This document shows, piece by piece, positions 26,101-38,558 of a DNA stretch of 64,000 nt (positions are counted from its first letter, which is position 1; every line of letters starts with the position of its first letter). The stretch covers positions 20,276,001 to 20,340,000 of the forward strand of contig NC_087436.1 in the NCBI RefSeq assembly GCF_036321535.1. Direction: 5' to 3'. A program made the translations under genes and the position numbers. Under the pieces are notes generated by a model. That model saw only the letters and a list, made by a program, of their open reading frames with translations, did no database searches and was not told where the DNA came from. The stretch comes from Camelus dromedarius (lineage: Eukaryota).

Positions 26101-27417
26101 ACAAAGTTGCCACGATAACTGAAACAGGGATTATGCATGGACCCAAGAGCACAGACTTCCACTAACTAAGGCCAATCTAGCTAACCATGTCCAACCATAT
26201 CCAATGTTCCGTATCCAACCAGCCAACAACAGAGACCAATGCTAGCCCTTTGATATGGTAGTGCTCTTTAAGGAAACCAGTTGGCCACTCGGTAGCAAGC
26301 TGACTTCACTGGGATTCTTCCATCTTGGAAATTCCAGCAGTTTCTTCTCACAAGAATAGACACTTATTCCTGGTGAGGTTTGCCTTTCTTGCCCACGGTG
26401 AAGCACTGCTAACTGGGAATTTATGGAATGCCTGATCTACAGATACGGAATTCCAACATAACATCACATCCAACCAGGGAATTCATTTTATCAGGATAGA
26501 GGAGCAAAAACATAGTGCATGTGATGACAGGATAGCGTATACCAGTTCACCTACAACACCCAGAAGCTGCCAGCCTGTTAGAGCAATACACAGCCTCCTG
26601 AAGGGGCGGCTGGAGCACGAGCTCAGAAGCAGTGCCTTGTAAGGATAGCACACCATCCTCCGGGAAGCAGTACACTCATTGAATCAGGGACCTCTCTATG
26701 GTGCCGTAACCATCATGAAATATACATGGGTCTGGAACCAAGGGATGGAAGTAGAGTTGGCCTTATTTACTATCACACCAGGGATCTACTGGGGTGTTCT
26801 GTAGATTCTTGTCTCCACAACTCTGGGCTCTCCAGGATGAGAAGCCCTTGCACCCAAAGGGGGCAAGCTGTCACCAGGGGTCGCAGCAAGGGTCTCACTG
26901 AAGTACAAGATAAAGCTAGCTGCCGCCTGAGCACTTTGGGATTTTTGTGTTCAGGGACCAGCAAGCAAGAAGAGGAGTCACCAGCTTGTCAGAAGTAATG
27001 GACCCTGAACAGCATGAAGAGGAAGGCTTCCTGTTACCCAACAGAGACAAGGAGGAAGAGGTGGGCTCGGGTGACCCATTGTGAGCACCTCTTGGTACTC
27101 TTCGCCCACAAGAATGGAAACACACAAGCTTGGGCAGACAAGGCCGCGTTTCACAGGGAGTCAGACTTCAGGAAAACTGCAAAGACCAACATAGGTGGTA
27201 GGTTAGAGTGAAGGGAATTTAGAATGGCGAGAGGAGAGGGGAGGTGATGGGTACCAGCTGGGGCCTTGAGACAACTGCAGAGATGGGGGCTCTATTTTGT
27301 CACACAAACCTCTCTCTATCCAAGTTTCCCCTCAGGAAGGGAGGTCCACCAGAGCCCATGAGGAGTTGTTTCCATATATCATGAAGAAGTAGATCTGTGT
27401 GCCCCAAGGCTGGACAA
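23200..27417 (+). mobile_element. ERVL (ERV3-16A3/HERV16-like) internal region: mid-gag, RT, RNase H and integrase remnants
   Basis: Gag-like TLSKVEMPEL and MLEWIYHVRP; RT-like SPLQKLDRSWKMTTDF, ICLANSSLYIPFRKEDQK, PQDYVNPP and HYVSDIML (decayed YIDD, about 24760); RNase H-like FTDGLAQ; integrase-like segment at about 26280-26400; many stops and frameshifts. Confidence 0.88.
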
Positions 27418-27875
27418 TGGCAGACATGGAGATATGCTCAGCGCACCTTCAAGAAAGACCTTGCGGACCAGGAGGAGGGCGGTGGCTACCTGGCAGATTT
27501 CAATTGTTGGCTTCTTCAGGATTCACCTCAGCATTCAAGCAAGTTCACGATCTCCTCAGAGAAGATCCCATTCATGATAGAGTAAGGTGGTGCTACAAGA
27601 GGTCAGATTCTCCTTGAAGTGGCCCCCAGGCAACAAGTAAGGTGTAAGAGCCTAGCCCTTTGCACACAACGTGGGCCTCCTCCAATGGTGACCTGCTCCA
27701 GAATTTCCTGTTGGGCTGGCCGAGACCTTGTCAGGTCTTCATCGCGTCTGACCATCTTCTCCGCTGTGTCCTGCCTTCCCCACCCTCTTCTTCCAGGGGT
27801 GCCTCTCCTGTGAAAACCTTCTGCACCCTTCATTCCAACCCAGTTTCCGCTCTCCAGAGAACCCAACCTGCAAAC
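27418..27875 (+). mobile_element. LTR16-family ERVL 3' LTR
   Basis: Starts tggcagacatggagat after the internal region and ends gagaacccaacctgcaa. Confidence 0.78.
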
Positions 27876-28654
27876 CATGTTTCATTCAGTTTTGTAGCCA
27901 GATTACCCAGTATAGCTCCTGGAACCAAATAGGTACTCAACAAACACTTGGTGAACCCAGCTGAACTGTCCACTGCAATCTGTGATAAATCACGTGCTTA
28001 GGCACGGTCATGTAACATGGCAGATGCCAACAGAATTTCTTGTCTTCTCCTTTTTTTTTGTTTTTAAACTTTTACCTTCTAATCCATCAACTTTTAGGGA
28101 CTCGCAGGCAGCAAGGATGAAGATGTTTTCGTTGGCTTCCTATTCACTAAACTGAGACACAATCTAATTCTTCCAAGTCTTTGGCAGTTTTCTGAGACAG
28201 GGAATTTTCCATGCCAGGAAAGGGAGATGGATTTGTATTTCTATCACAAAGAATTTTCACTATTTCTCTCAGAGGACTGTGCTCATCAGAGCCAGTCAAA
28301 TTTGAGAAGCTACCCGTAAGGACGGGGCAGTTGAAATAGCCCATCAGCCAAAAAAACCACATAAGAGCCCTCAGTGCAACTCTGAAGCCACCCACGTAGA
28401 CCGCGGCGGAGCAATCAGTCAAGGCCCAGACGCAGGAGCTCACTCATGTGGTGGCTCAGGGACTATTTGAAGAGCTTGGCAAAAGCATGTAGATTTTATG
28501 AGGGGGCCTTTAAGATGAGAAACAAAAAGTGATTTAGATCAGCTGCCCGCACTGTGAATCAAATTTCCTGTGTCACTCTGTAGATGGCTTTGCAGCTATA
28601 TATAATGCTTTGTGCCAGAGCACTGATATAAATAGCACCATCGAAATGTACTCT

Positions 28655-28820
28655 GGGGGAGGGTCTAGCTCGGTGGTAGAGCGCGTGCTTAGCATGCATG
28701 AGGTAGGTTCAATCCCCAGTACCTCCATTTATAATAAATAAATACATAAATAAACCTAACCACTCCACAAAAAAACATCAAAAAATAGCAAAGTAATAAA
28801 CACACACACACACACACAAG
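28655..28820 (+). mobile_element. tRNA-Ala-derived SINE (vic-1-like) with A-rich and (CA)n tail
   Basis: ggggagggtctagctcggtggtagagcgcgtgcttagcatgc...ggttcaatccccagtacctcca, aataaacctaa tail. Confidence 0.88.
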
Positions 28821-30899
28821 ACACATACTCCATAGAATGAGAGCAATTCCGATAGCATCTCTAGGTAGAAAACAATTGTCTTTATCCAGGTCAGAGGTAT
28901 TTAAAAAGAAAGAACTTGGGGCCAATTGTTTTGTCTCAGGAATAGGAAGAAATGCCACGGTAAATTTTCTTCGGCATATCGGCGACAAAGCAGACCTCTG
29001 CACGAAAAACCTGACACATTCTCCATGGCAGTGTTTCTCTGGGGTCTCAATTTGGTTTACCTTATAAAGCAGAATCAAAGATTGGGGAGGCCTAGAGAAC
29101 TACTGTAAACTCCCACCAAACCCAAGTCCTACAGTCATTTGTGAGTATGAATTTCGGAACTTGTAGCATCATTTGAGTCACAGACGAAGCAAAGGCCCAT
29201 TACAGCTGCTAGTAACTATACCTGCCTCTTTGCCTAGCCAGCACGCCAACCTTGAACTTCCTCTTGGCCATCCGTTATTACAAGTTGTGCTGAAGACTGC
29301 AGTGGTTTTGTGATTGAAAATAAATGCAGCTGAAGACCAGGGCTATAAACGTCTTGCTTAAGGCATGAAGTACATGTGTATGTAAGCCCTTCATTACACC
29401 ATTTTAAGAGACTTGGAATAATCTGGTATTCTCCTACCACTCAATTTATATTCAAGTTAAAAGATAGCAATTTCCCTTGAGTGGAATTTCCCCACACTTT
29501 GTTTTGTCAAAGCAATAGAGATTCATTTAATGAAAGGAACCCTTAAGCATACAAGGCACAATTGACTACAACTCTAAAGAGAATTTTTTCACATATTTAT
29601 GTGGATGTTTATAATTTGTTTATGCTAAGTACAAACAAACAGCCCAGTTTGTTGACACATTAAACAACTGTTACCATATATCTGACACAATTCTGGGGAT
29701 AGAGAGTGAATTTTAAACGTAAATTCAATTTCATGCGCTAAATACATCTCTTTTAAAAAGAAAAGGAATTGTCTTCAATGGGAGATGGTAATGCAAGCCC
29801 TTTAAGTGCAAATTGCTAGAGGAACCTTGCAAATCCCTTATCAATAAAACACTGTACTTCCAATTTCTCCTTAACTGTTAGCCACTGAAACAGTTGCTTG
29901 TTAAGGTCATATTGCCAATGGTTAAAATATATGTGTGCAATAGATTACAGTTTTAACTGGCATTAGGTTTCCAAAAGTATAAATATTACATTGCAGCAAA
30001 AATTTTTTTAAAGGAGGGATGGTGATAAATAGTATTTATCGAAAATTTAATGCACCAAACAATTTTGAGGCACATTATGTGTTTTCTGGTAGCCACACTA
30101 AGGAGAGTAGCACGTCAAGTCACCAATCAGACATATCGAAATACGTATTATAGTGTACTTCTTGGAAGCCAACGTCAATGTTTTTAATAATTCGTTGGTG
30201 CTAACAAGAAGTCTACTTTTTCCTGATAGCAATTAAAAAAAATTTCCATGAGCAGAGACACAGATTTTTTCTTTTAAAAATTCAGTGAGCCTAATCGTAC
30301 GTGCTATGCCAAGAGAAAAAAGTACACAAATGGTACTTTGGTTATTTTACTTTTGTTTCAAGTAAATGCACAATAGTTTGAACTGATGATTAGTGAGTAT
30401 ATACTGGGTTGCGAGGCATAACTAGCTAAAAAAGAAATTCTGCTGTTGAAGACAGGAGGTATATTAGACGTCATAAAGAGAACACTTAGGAATTTATAAG
30501 ATACAACCTGAAACTATCGATACATGAAAGATGGTGTTTCAATTACCAGCTGATTGGTAGCAAGTTACTCCAAACACTAGTGTCTTAAACAACAAATTTT
30601 ATTGTATTCTAAATATACAGAGACCAGTACAGTATGTATGATTTCTATAAATACTTACCAGAACAGTCACCTGACCGATAAGAAATCCATTATGCCCTAC
30701 TATTGATGCCCACTCGCTAAATATCAGTGATGTATGAAACGTGAATTTTTTTTCTGAGAGTCTCATTTCCTTCTTTATTTAGGTTATATGAGTCTTATGA
30801 AAAACTAATCTTACGGGTTTTGGTTTTTTAAATTAACTCTTCGTGTTATAAAACCTTTCATTGCAGCAAACTACAAAATGGCTAACAATCCAGCAAGGT

Positions 30900-31072
30900 G
30901 ATTTTTCTTTTTTTTTAAATTTTTTCAATTTTTAATATAATTTTTAAAGGTTACACCTCATCTACAGTTATTACAAAATACTGGCTATTTTGTTTTGTAC
31001 AATACATCTTTGTAGCCTGTCTTTACACCCAACGGTTTGTACCTCCCAGGACCTTTCTCCTCTATTGCCCCT
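30900..31072 (-). mobile_element. L1 3'UTR fragment
   Basis: T-rich tail, tacagttattacaaaatactggctat, tacaatacatctttgtagcc. Confidence 0.65.
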
Positions 31073-31084
31073 CAATTTATTGTT

Positions 31085-31725
31085 ATTTGTCTCACTCTTC
31101 TGTGGGTCAAGAATTTGGACAGGACGTAGGGAGTGAGGGCATAGCTTAGTGGTAGAGCACATGCTTAGCATGCTTGAGATCTTGGGTGCAATCCCCAGTA
31201 CCTCCATTAAAAAGAAAAACAACAACAACAAAAAAAAACCCCAAATAAACCTAACATTACCATCCAAAAAAACAAAAAACACAAAAAAACCCAGGCTGTG
31301 TGATGCCCATGTCATCACAGACCTTTAAAAAGAAAAAAAATTGGACAGGACACAGTGGGGACAGCTTTTCTCTGCTCCACAATGTCTGGGGATGAGTCAA
31401 AAGGCTGGTGGCTGGAAGAAATGGGAAGGAGGCAACCTGAACATCTCTCTCTTTCTTTCCGTTAATCTCTCTTACTCCCTCTCTTGACGTCTCTCCATAG
31501 CCTCTCCATGTGGCTACTCTGGGTCTCCTCATAGTGTGGCTATCAAACTTCTTCCATGAAAACAGAGAGTCCCAGAGGACCAGATCAAAGCTTCCAGTCT
31601 CCTGATGTATAGGCCTGAGATTGGTACAGCATCTTGGCTCAGCCCAGGGTCAAGGGAGGGGAACCAGATCACACATCTCAAAGGGCAGAGTACCAAGGAA
31701 TTTGTGGACCTTTTTAGTCAACCAC
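31085..31725 (-). mobile_element. ERVL-MaLR LTR (MLT1H-like), interrupted by the SINE
   Basis: tctgtgggtcaagaatttggacagg [SINE] acagtggggacagcttttctctgctccac ... ggaatttgtggac...caaccaca. Confidence 0.6.
31129..31338 (+). mobile_element. tRNA-Ala-derived SINE (vic-1-like) with unique 3' extension
   Basis: tRNA-like head; TSD ttggacaggac on both sides (31115-31125 / 31341-31351). Confidence 0.88.
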
Positions 31726-31778
31726 AGATGACTAGTAGTGACATTTGAAAATCTGGGGCATTAAAAAAAATCATAATT

Positions 31779-32253
31779 AAAGAAGATGTGGTATATATAT
31801 CACTCAATATATATATTGAAATACTACTCAACCATAAAAAAGAATGAAACAATGCCATTTGCAGCAACGTGGATGGACCTAGAGTTTATCATTCTAAGTG
31901 AAGTAAGTCAGAGAAAGACAAATATTCTATGATACCACTATATGTGGAATCTAAAACATGATAAAAAAAATGAACTAATTTATAAAATAGAAAGAGACTC
32001 GCAGACATTAAAAACAAACTTATGGGTAATAAAGGGGAAAAGGGAGATAAATTAGGAGTTTGGGATTAGCAAATACAAACTACTATATATAAAACAGATA
32101 AATAACAAGGTCCTACTGTATTGCACAGGGAGCTACATTCAATATCTTATAATAGCCTATAATGAAAAAGAATACATATTATATATATGCATAACAGAAC
32201 CACTATGTAGTACCTCAGAAAATAACATTGTAAATCAACTATACTTCAATTTT
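31779..32253 (+). mobile_element. 5'-truncated artiodactyl-type L1 3' end
   Basis: aaagaagatgtggtatatat ... gcagcaacgtggatggacctagag ... tgtaaatcaactatacttcaat; TSD aaaaaatcataatt. Confidence 0.9.
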
Positions 32254-33074
32254 AAAAAATCATAATTTCTTTTAAAAAATATTCCAGATGGGGAAAAAAA
32301 GTATTGTGATGGCCAGACAATTATACCCATTCGAAACTCAATGAATAGGCATATTTCAAGAATAGCTTGTTGGATCCCATTACTTCCAGCCTGTATCTTC
32401 GCCACTACTATTTTGGCATTCTATATCCTTGATGTTTGATAGTAACGACATTTGCAACATGATATTTTAACCCACAACAATAGCATTACTTTCTCTTCTG
32501 ATGTAAAATAACCAACCAACCAAAAAAAAAAAAAAAAGCAATCTATTAGGAATACCTACTGTGACTTCAAATGATCCTTCCAAAGAAAGAGTGATTTTGT
32601 ATTCATCCCAGCCTTTAAGAAAGTAAATTTTCAAGAAACACAACATAGACATTTAACAGCAGAATAGCACATCTGAGTTTGAAGGAATGTTGATCCACCT
32701 CATTAAAGGGAAAATAAGTGTGTATCTACCAAAAGTCTTAGAAATACATCTTAAAGACCACATACTACAAACCTAAATAAAATGAAGTCAAGTAACAACG
32801 CAGAGCCACGCTAATCTAGCTACTCTACCCGCACCGGGACTTCCGACAGGGTGAAATCAGGACAGCTGAGTAAGGGTCATGAACGCGTCAGGGAGCACAG
32901 CCCACCCAGCCTCTCCACCCAAGATCACTTGATGGCATAAGTGACCCACCTGTTCTGCCTGATATTCAGTTTGGTTCAACAAACATGTACTGAGAAGTAG
33001 GTTCTGTGCTAGGAACTGAGTATTAGATGACATGATCACTGCCTTGGTGGGAATTACCATCTGATGATGATTTT

Positions 33075-33432
<358 letters not shown>

Positions 33433-33433
<1 letters not shown>

Positions 33434-33523
33434 ATTGAAGTATAATTGATTTACAGTGTTGTGTTAGTTTCTGATGTACAGCACAGTGATTCAGTTACAC
33501 ACACACACATACACACATATTCT
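33433..33523 (-). mobile_element. L1 3'-end fragment whose tail is the compound microsatellite
   Basis: attgaagtataattgatttacagtgttgtgttagtttctgatgtacagcacagtgattcagtta; flanks tgatgatg on both sides. Confidence 0.75.
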
Positions 33524-33703
33524 TGGTGATGATGTTCTATTTCCCATCTTCCTTGCCCCCCATCTACCTTGCCCTCCTTGAAGCAGTCTTGTGGCATCAT
33601 TTTCCCATTTCTCATTCAACATATACTTGTTGAGCGCTTCTTCTGTACCAAATATGTGAACCACTTGTAAACCAAAACAATGATGCCATGGTTCCATGCA
33701 TCC

Positions 33704-34138
33704 TGTATTGGTTTCCCAAGGCTCCCATAACAACGTACTATAAACCGGGTGATTTAAACAGTGGAAATGTATTGTCTCATAGCTGGGGAGTCTAGAAGTT
33801 TCAGATCAAAGTGCTGGCAGGGTCGGTTCCTTCTGAGGGAGAATCTGCTTCAGGCCTGTCTCCTAGCTTCTGGTGCTTTGCTGGCCATCTTTGGCTTTCC
33901 TTAGCCGTAGATCTCTTCTTGATGCCTTCATTTTCCCTAGGTGTGTGTCTGTGTCCAAATTTCCCTTTTGTATAAAGACAGTAGTTGTATAGAATTAGGG
34001 ATGCACCCTGATCCTGTTTGACCTTGTCTTAACTAATTACCTCTGCAACAACCCTGTTTCCAAATGAGGTCACATTCCGAGGTGCCGGGTGTTAGGACTT
34101 CAACATGGGAATTTTGGAGAAACACAATTCAAACAACA
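33704..34138 (-). mobile_element. ERVL-MaLR solo LTR (MLT1B/C-like)
   Basis: tgtattggtttcc...tctcctagcttctgg...tttccaaatgaggtcacattc...gttaggacttcaaca...caaca. Confidence 0.85.
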
Positions 34139-34354
34139 GGTCCTTAAGGTCCAGAGCAACTATTCACTTTGCCCAGTGAATTGAGCAACTTTACTTCTAT
34201 CTAAAGAATAACAGTAAGCAGGGGCAGAGGGTTACAGGGATGAGCAAGCTCTCATGTGCTATAAGCTTTGATCTGCACATGTTCTAGACAGGGATCATTT
34301 AGGAGGTGCTGTATGCAAAAGAACGCAGGAAGGGTTCCTTGAGTGTCTGAAATG

Positions 34355-35150
34355 TATCCACTTAACACACATTTATTGGGCACTGTTCTGGGCACTGAAG
34401 CTACAGCAGTGAACACAATGGACAAAAATCTCTGAATTCATGGAGATCACATTCTATTGGAGGGAGACAGAGAGAAAAAACAAAATAATAAATAAATCAC
34501 GTGGTGCTTTAGTAGGTGTCAGGTGTTATGAAGTAAGACAAGACAGGGTAAAAGGGATGGGGAAGGCAGAGTTTGACATTTTAAACAGGGGAGGGGCTGA
34601 AATTTTGAACAGGGTGGTCAGGGAGGCTTCACTTAGAAGGTGAAAGTTAAACAAGGAGTTGAAGGTCACGGGGTGGCGAGCCGCACGGCTGTCTGGTGAA
34701 GGAGGGCTTCAGACAAAGCAAACAGCTAGTGGGCTAGGAGGGTGACTGATGTTTAGGGAAAACAGGCCAGTGTGGCTGCAGAAAGAGAAAGTGGTGGGTG
34801 GAAAAGGTCAAAGAGACGTAGGAGGCAGACCACAAAGGAACTTGTAGCGCACTTCAGCTTTTCTCCAAGTAAAGGAGGGAGCGTGGAAGGTTCTGAGCAG
34901 AGGAGAGATGTCATCTGACTTGAGCTTTATTAGGATCACTCTGGTTCTAAAGGTGAAGGGGTGAAGAGAAACACAGGCAGAAGCGCTAGGAAGCTATTGC
35001 ACATAGTCCAGGTGAGCGGCGTTGGCTGGGGCCAGGGTCGTAGTAGTGGCGATGGTGAGGAGCATTTGGATTCTGGATATATTTTGAAAGGAAAGCCAAT
35101 AGGATCTGGGGTGGATTGATGTAGGACGTGAAAGGTAGGAAGGACGCTCT
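34355..35150 (-). mobile_element. L2 LINE fragment
   Basis: catttattgggcact, ggtggtcagggaggcttcac, aggatcactctgg, ggattctggatatattttgaa. Confidence 0.8.
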
Positions 35151-35379
35151 TAAGCAAAGAAAGGAATAAGAAATGATAACCTCCCATTTTTGTCTTGTGT
35201 CAAATGGTAAATTCTCTTCACATTTCATTGTTACCAATGAGCTGTTTTTATCTAGGTGAGGTGAAAATTATTGAAGAGTAAATCCAGGAGTGAAAAAGCC
35301 AGGGAATAAATTACTTTAAATGTGAAGTATACAAAATTCTCTAGGAAAGTGCAAAGCAACTAAATTCAAAATGTGAGAA

Positions 35380-35820
35380 ATTCCATAGGTTGGAAAATTC
35401 AAGTTCTTCTATAAAATACAAAGAAAAACAAAACAACAGGGAAGGTGAACCTACAAATTAAAAGACACTTGAGCGATGTGTCAATCATATGCAATGTGTA
35501 GACCCTGTTTGGATCCAATTGTAAAACAGAAACAAAAATATGAGACAATCAGAGAAATGTAAACATCGATTCATTTGATGATTGGTCATTTGATAATTAT
35601 TATGAATTTGGAAGGATACAATATCAATATTATAGCTAGCTTTTAAAAAATGAATTATTATTTTTGATGACTCCATAGTAAAATATTTATAGATAAAACA
35701 TGATGTCTAAGATTTGCTTTATCATAATCCAGTGGAGGAACAAATGGTGGTCATACGTGGAGGACTGTTATTCATTTTACTGTTCTCTAAATGTACGTTC
35801 AAAGTTTTGCAATAAAGAGT
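35380..35820 (+). mobile_element. Old L1 (L1ME-like) 3' region
   Basis: atgcaatgtgtagaccctgtttggatcc, atgatgtctaagatttgcttt. Confidence 0.6.
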
Positions 35821-36019
35821 AAGTAAATACACACATACATAAATACACAGACATCAATACAATACAATGACGACATGTTGAAATTGACAATATTAGTTGC
35901 CTTAAGAAAAGGGTGGCAGGGAGCAGGAATAAAGGGGATTCTTCCCTGCCTCTTATTTTGTATCTTTCAAATGTCACATCATTGAAATGTATTGTCTGTT
36001 AACAAACACAACACAAAAG

Positions 36020-36620
36020 ATGCTATCTCACTGTGATTTTGATTTGCATTTCCCTGATATTAATGATGTTGAGCAGCTTTTCATGTTCCTGTTGACCATC
36101 TGCATTTCTTCATTTGGAAAAACGTCTGTTCAGTTCTGCCCATATTTTAAATGGGTTGGTTGGTTGTCTGCTTTTTAACTGAAGTACAGTTGATTTAAAA
36201 TGTTGTATTAGTTTCTGGTGCCCAGCATGGATGGACTTGGAGGGCATTACGCTCAGTGAAATAAGTCAGACAGAGAAAGACAAATACTGTAAGATACCAG
36301 TCACATGTGGAATCTAAAAAATATAGAACAAACTAGTGAGTATAACAGAAAAGAAACAGACTCACAGATGTAGAGAAGGAACTAGTGGTTACTAGTGGGA
36401 GAGGGCAGGGGGAGGGGCAAGACGGAGGTGGAGGATTAAGAGGTACAAACTGTCAGGTGTAAAATAAGCTACAAGGATGTGCTGTACGACATGGGGAACA
36501 GAGCCAATATTTTATAATAACTATAGATGGAGTATAACCTTTAAAACTTTGTGAATCACTATATTGTATACCCGTAACATATAATACTGTACATCAACTA
36601 TACTTCAATTTTAAAAATAT
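36020..36620. mobile_element. L1 with an antisense ORF2 piece joined to a sense 3' end (inverted/composite)
   Basis: 36020-36170 antisense L1 (gatttgcatttccctgat); 36228-36615 sense 3'UTR (tggatggacttggagggcattacg...atcaactatacttcaat). Confidence 0.8.
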
Positions 36621-37141
36621 GATATTGTAAAATAAGTACATAAATAAATTTTAAAATAGTTTAAAAAATAAGTAAATACAGCTGTTAAACTGCCTTTGCA
36701 GATGTGTGGAAGGAGCAAATTGCACAGAAGACAAGCTACTGATTAATTTCTCCTGGAGTCTCCCTGTTCTGCTCTCCTGCTGGCCTTGGTTGTCTCATGA
36801 CTGCTCATTCTGAGGCAATGCTTAATTCAGCAAAATATAAGCCAAAATTAGAATGACTCAGAGAACAGTACCCCTGAGCATTAGAGCATATATCATTCTG
36901 AAGCAAATTTTTCCATGCAGGTTTCACTGGATCTGTAAACGACTATTAGCGTCTGATTTAAGACGGTGGTCTATTTTCCTAACCTAACTGATAGGTTTAG
37001 ATCCTGGGACTCTTGGGGAGCAGGTTAGATTTCATTATATGACCACTGTATATATTGTGGGAGTAACTTTTATTAATGAAATGAACACATCTTATCTTAC
37101 CTGAATAATACACATATTTAATTTTATATAAAACTTCATAC

Positions 37142-37285
37142 CACTCAGCCTCGCTCCATTAACTTTGCAGTACACTTTTTCTACATTGATCGGAAAGTCA
37201 TTTGAACTTCTAACACTCAGAGACCAATTTCGAGGACATACATCAATCCAAAAGACCTTCTGGGAGGATCTCCGAGCTTCAAGAT
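37142..37285 (-). other. Candidate internal exon (144 nt, phase 1-1), gene unidentified
   Basis: ttttttaag acceptor, G/gtatga donor, one open frame DLEARRSSQKVFWIDVCPRNWSLSVRSSNDFPINVEKVYCKVNGARLS, local CpG retention; no homolog recognised. Confidence 0.2.
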
Positions 37286-37892
37286 CTTAAAAAATAGCCT
37301 TTTTGAAAAGGTGTAAATTACTCTTCTCACCCTTTGAGGGAGTTTAAAATCAACTGAACATCTGCATCTTTAATTTCTTGGTCTAGCAATCTAATCACAG
37401 AATAAACAGGGCTGAGTCGACTGATTCACATGAAACCTATCGTTGGTTTTGGGGTTTTAATTCTTTTTTATCCAAATATTGGTCATCATCAAGGTTGCTG
37501 CCTCTGTGCTTTTAGGGCTAAAAACCTGTCATTTTCTGCTTCAAGGAAATAAGACAGAAAAAGTTAAGTGAGTAGATGTCATACTTAGCTATGAAGGTCA
37601 GTGTTTTCTGTGGCTGGGAGAGTTTTAACATTTAGCTTGGCAAAGAAATGATTAAAATCGTACCTCCTGAAGATGAACTGCATAACCACATTAGTCACTG
37701 AGGCAAGTGCAACAGCAAAAGCTCACGTACGAGGTCAAGGGGTCCCCTACCACCCTCTTTTTAAACTCTGCCTACACTGCTTAGATAGCATTCATAGCAT
37801 TCCGTAGCTTACACACAGTCTTCATACCTAAATACTTACTCTTCATGTAAAAATAAAATAAAATTCTTCATGTACAGAAAGTATAGAATCTA

Positions 37893-38057
37893 GGGGGAAG
37901 GTATAGCTCAGTGGTAGAGTGTGTGCTTAGCATGCAGTGGGTCCTAGGTTCAATCCCCAGTACCTCCATTAAAAATAAATAAGTAAATAAAAATAAACCT
38001 AATTACCTCCCCCTCTAAAAAGAAAGACAATGTAGATAAAGAAATTCATATTTTTAA
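37893..38057 (+). mobile_element. tRNA-Ala-derived SINE (vic-1-like)
   Basis: tRNA-like head; perfect 15-bp TSD aaagtatagaatcta (37878-37892 / 38058-38072). Confidence 0.93.
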
Positions 38058-38558
38058 AAAGTATAGAATCTAAACTGTCTTTGGACAGCCTTTAAGTGTA
38101 CTTCTAGCTCTTAGATTCTATAATTTTTAATTTTTTAGAGAGAAATAGAGGAGACTATTAATTTAGGATCTCTTTGTTTTACTCTATCTGACACTTATTT
38201 AGGGACCTCTAATTTAGTAAAGGAGTAAGAGTTTCCAACACTGCTGCCCACTCATTGTCTACTTTCCCTTCTTCCTCACTAAGGGAACTCTGTATGCCAA
38301 TGTTGCCTTCAGCTCAAACACTGCCTTTTCAGATACCCTTGCTGCTGGGGAGATGAGGAGATGGAAGCAGAAATGGCTCGGTGAGTCTTCCAGGAAGGCT
38401 CTTTCTAGGTGGGTAGGCTCCCCTGGTGGATGTGTTCCATGCATTGACCTTCCTCTTCTTCCTGCCTGGAACTTGGACACGAGACGAGAGGTGGAGCAGC
38501 CGTCGTGCTGAGACAGCCAATAGCACAGCTGAGCAGGAAAGTAAGGACCCCAGGTCCC

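Noticed and set aside
23200..27417. Domesticated ERVL gag/pol gene
   Set aside because: Only short broken ORFs remain and the catalytic YIDD motif has decayed to YVSD.
28147..28443. 98-aa minus ORF with a protein-like C-terminal half
   Set aside because: No recognisable homology and only a weak acceptor; the length is within chance expectation.
30659..30716. 58-nt minus-strand segment with tttag acceptor and CTG/gtaagt donor
   Set aside because: Its phase does not fit the main candidate chain and the peptide is unrecognised; it could be a pseudo-exon or a non-coding exon.
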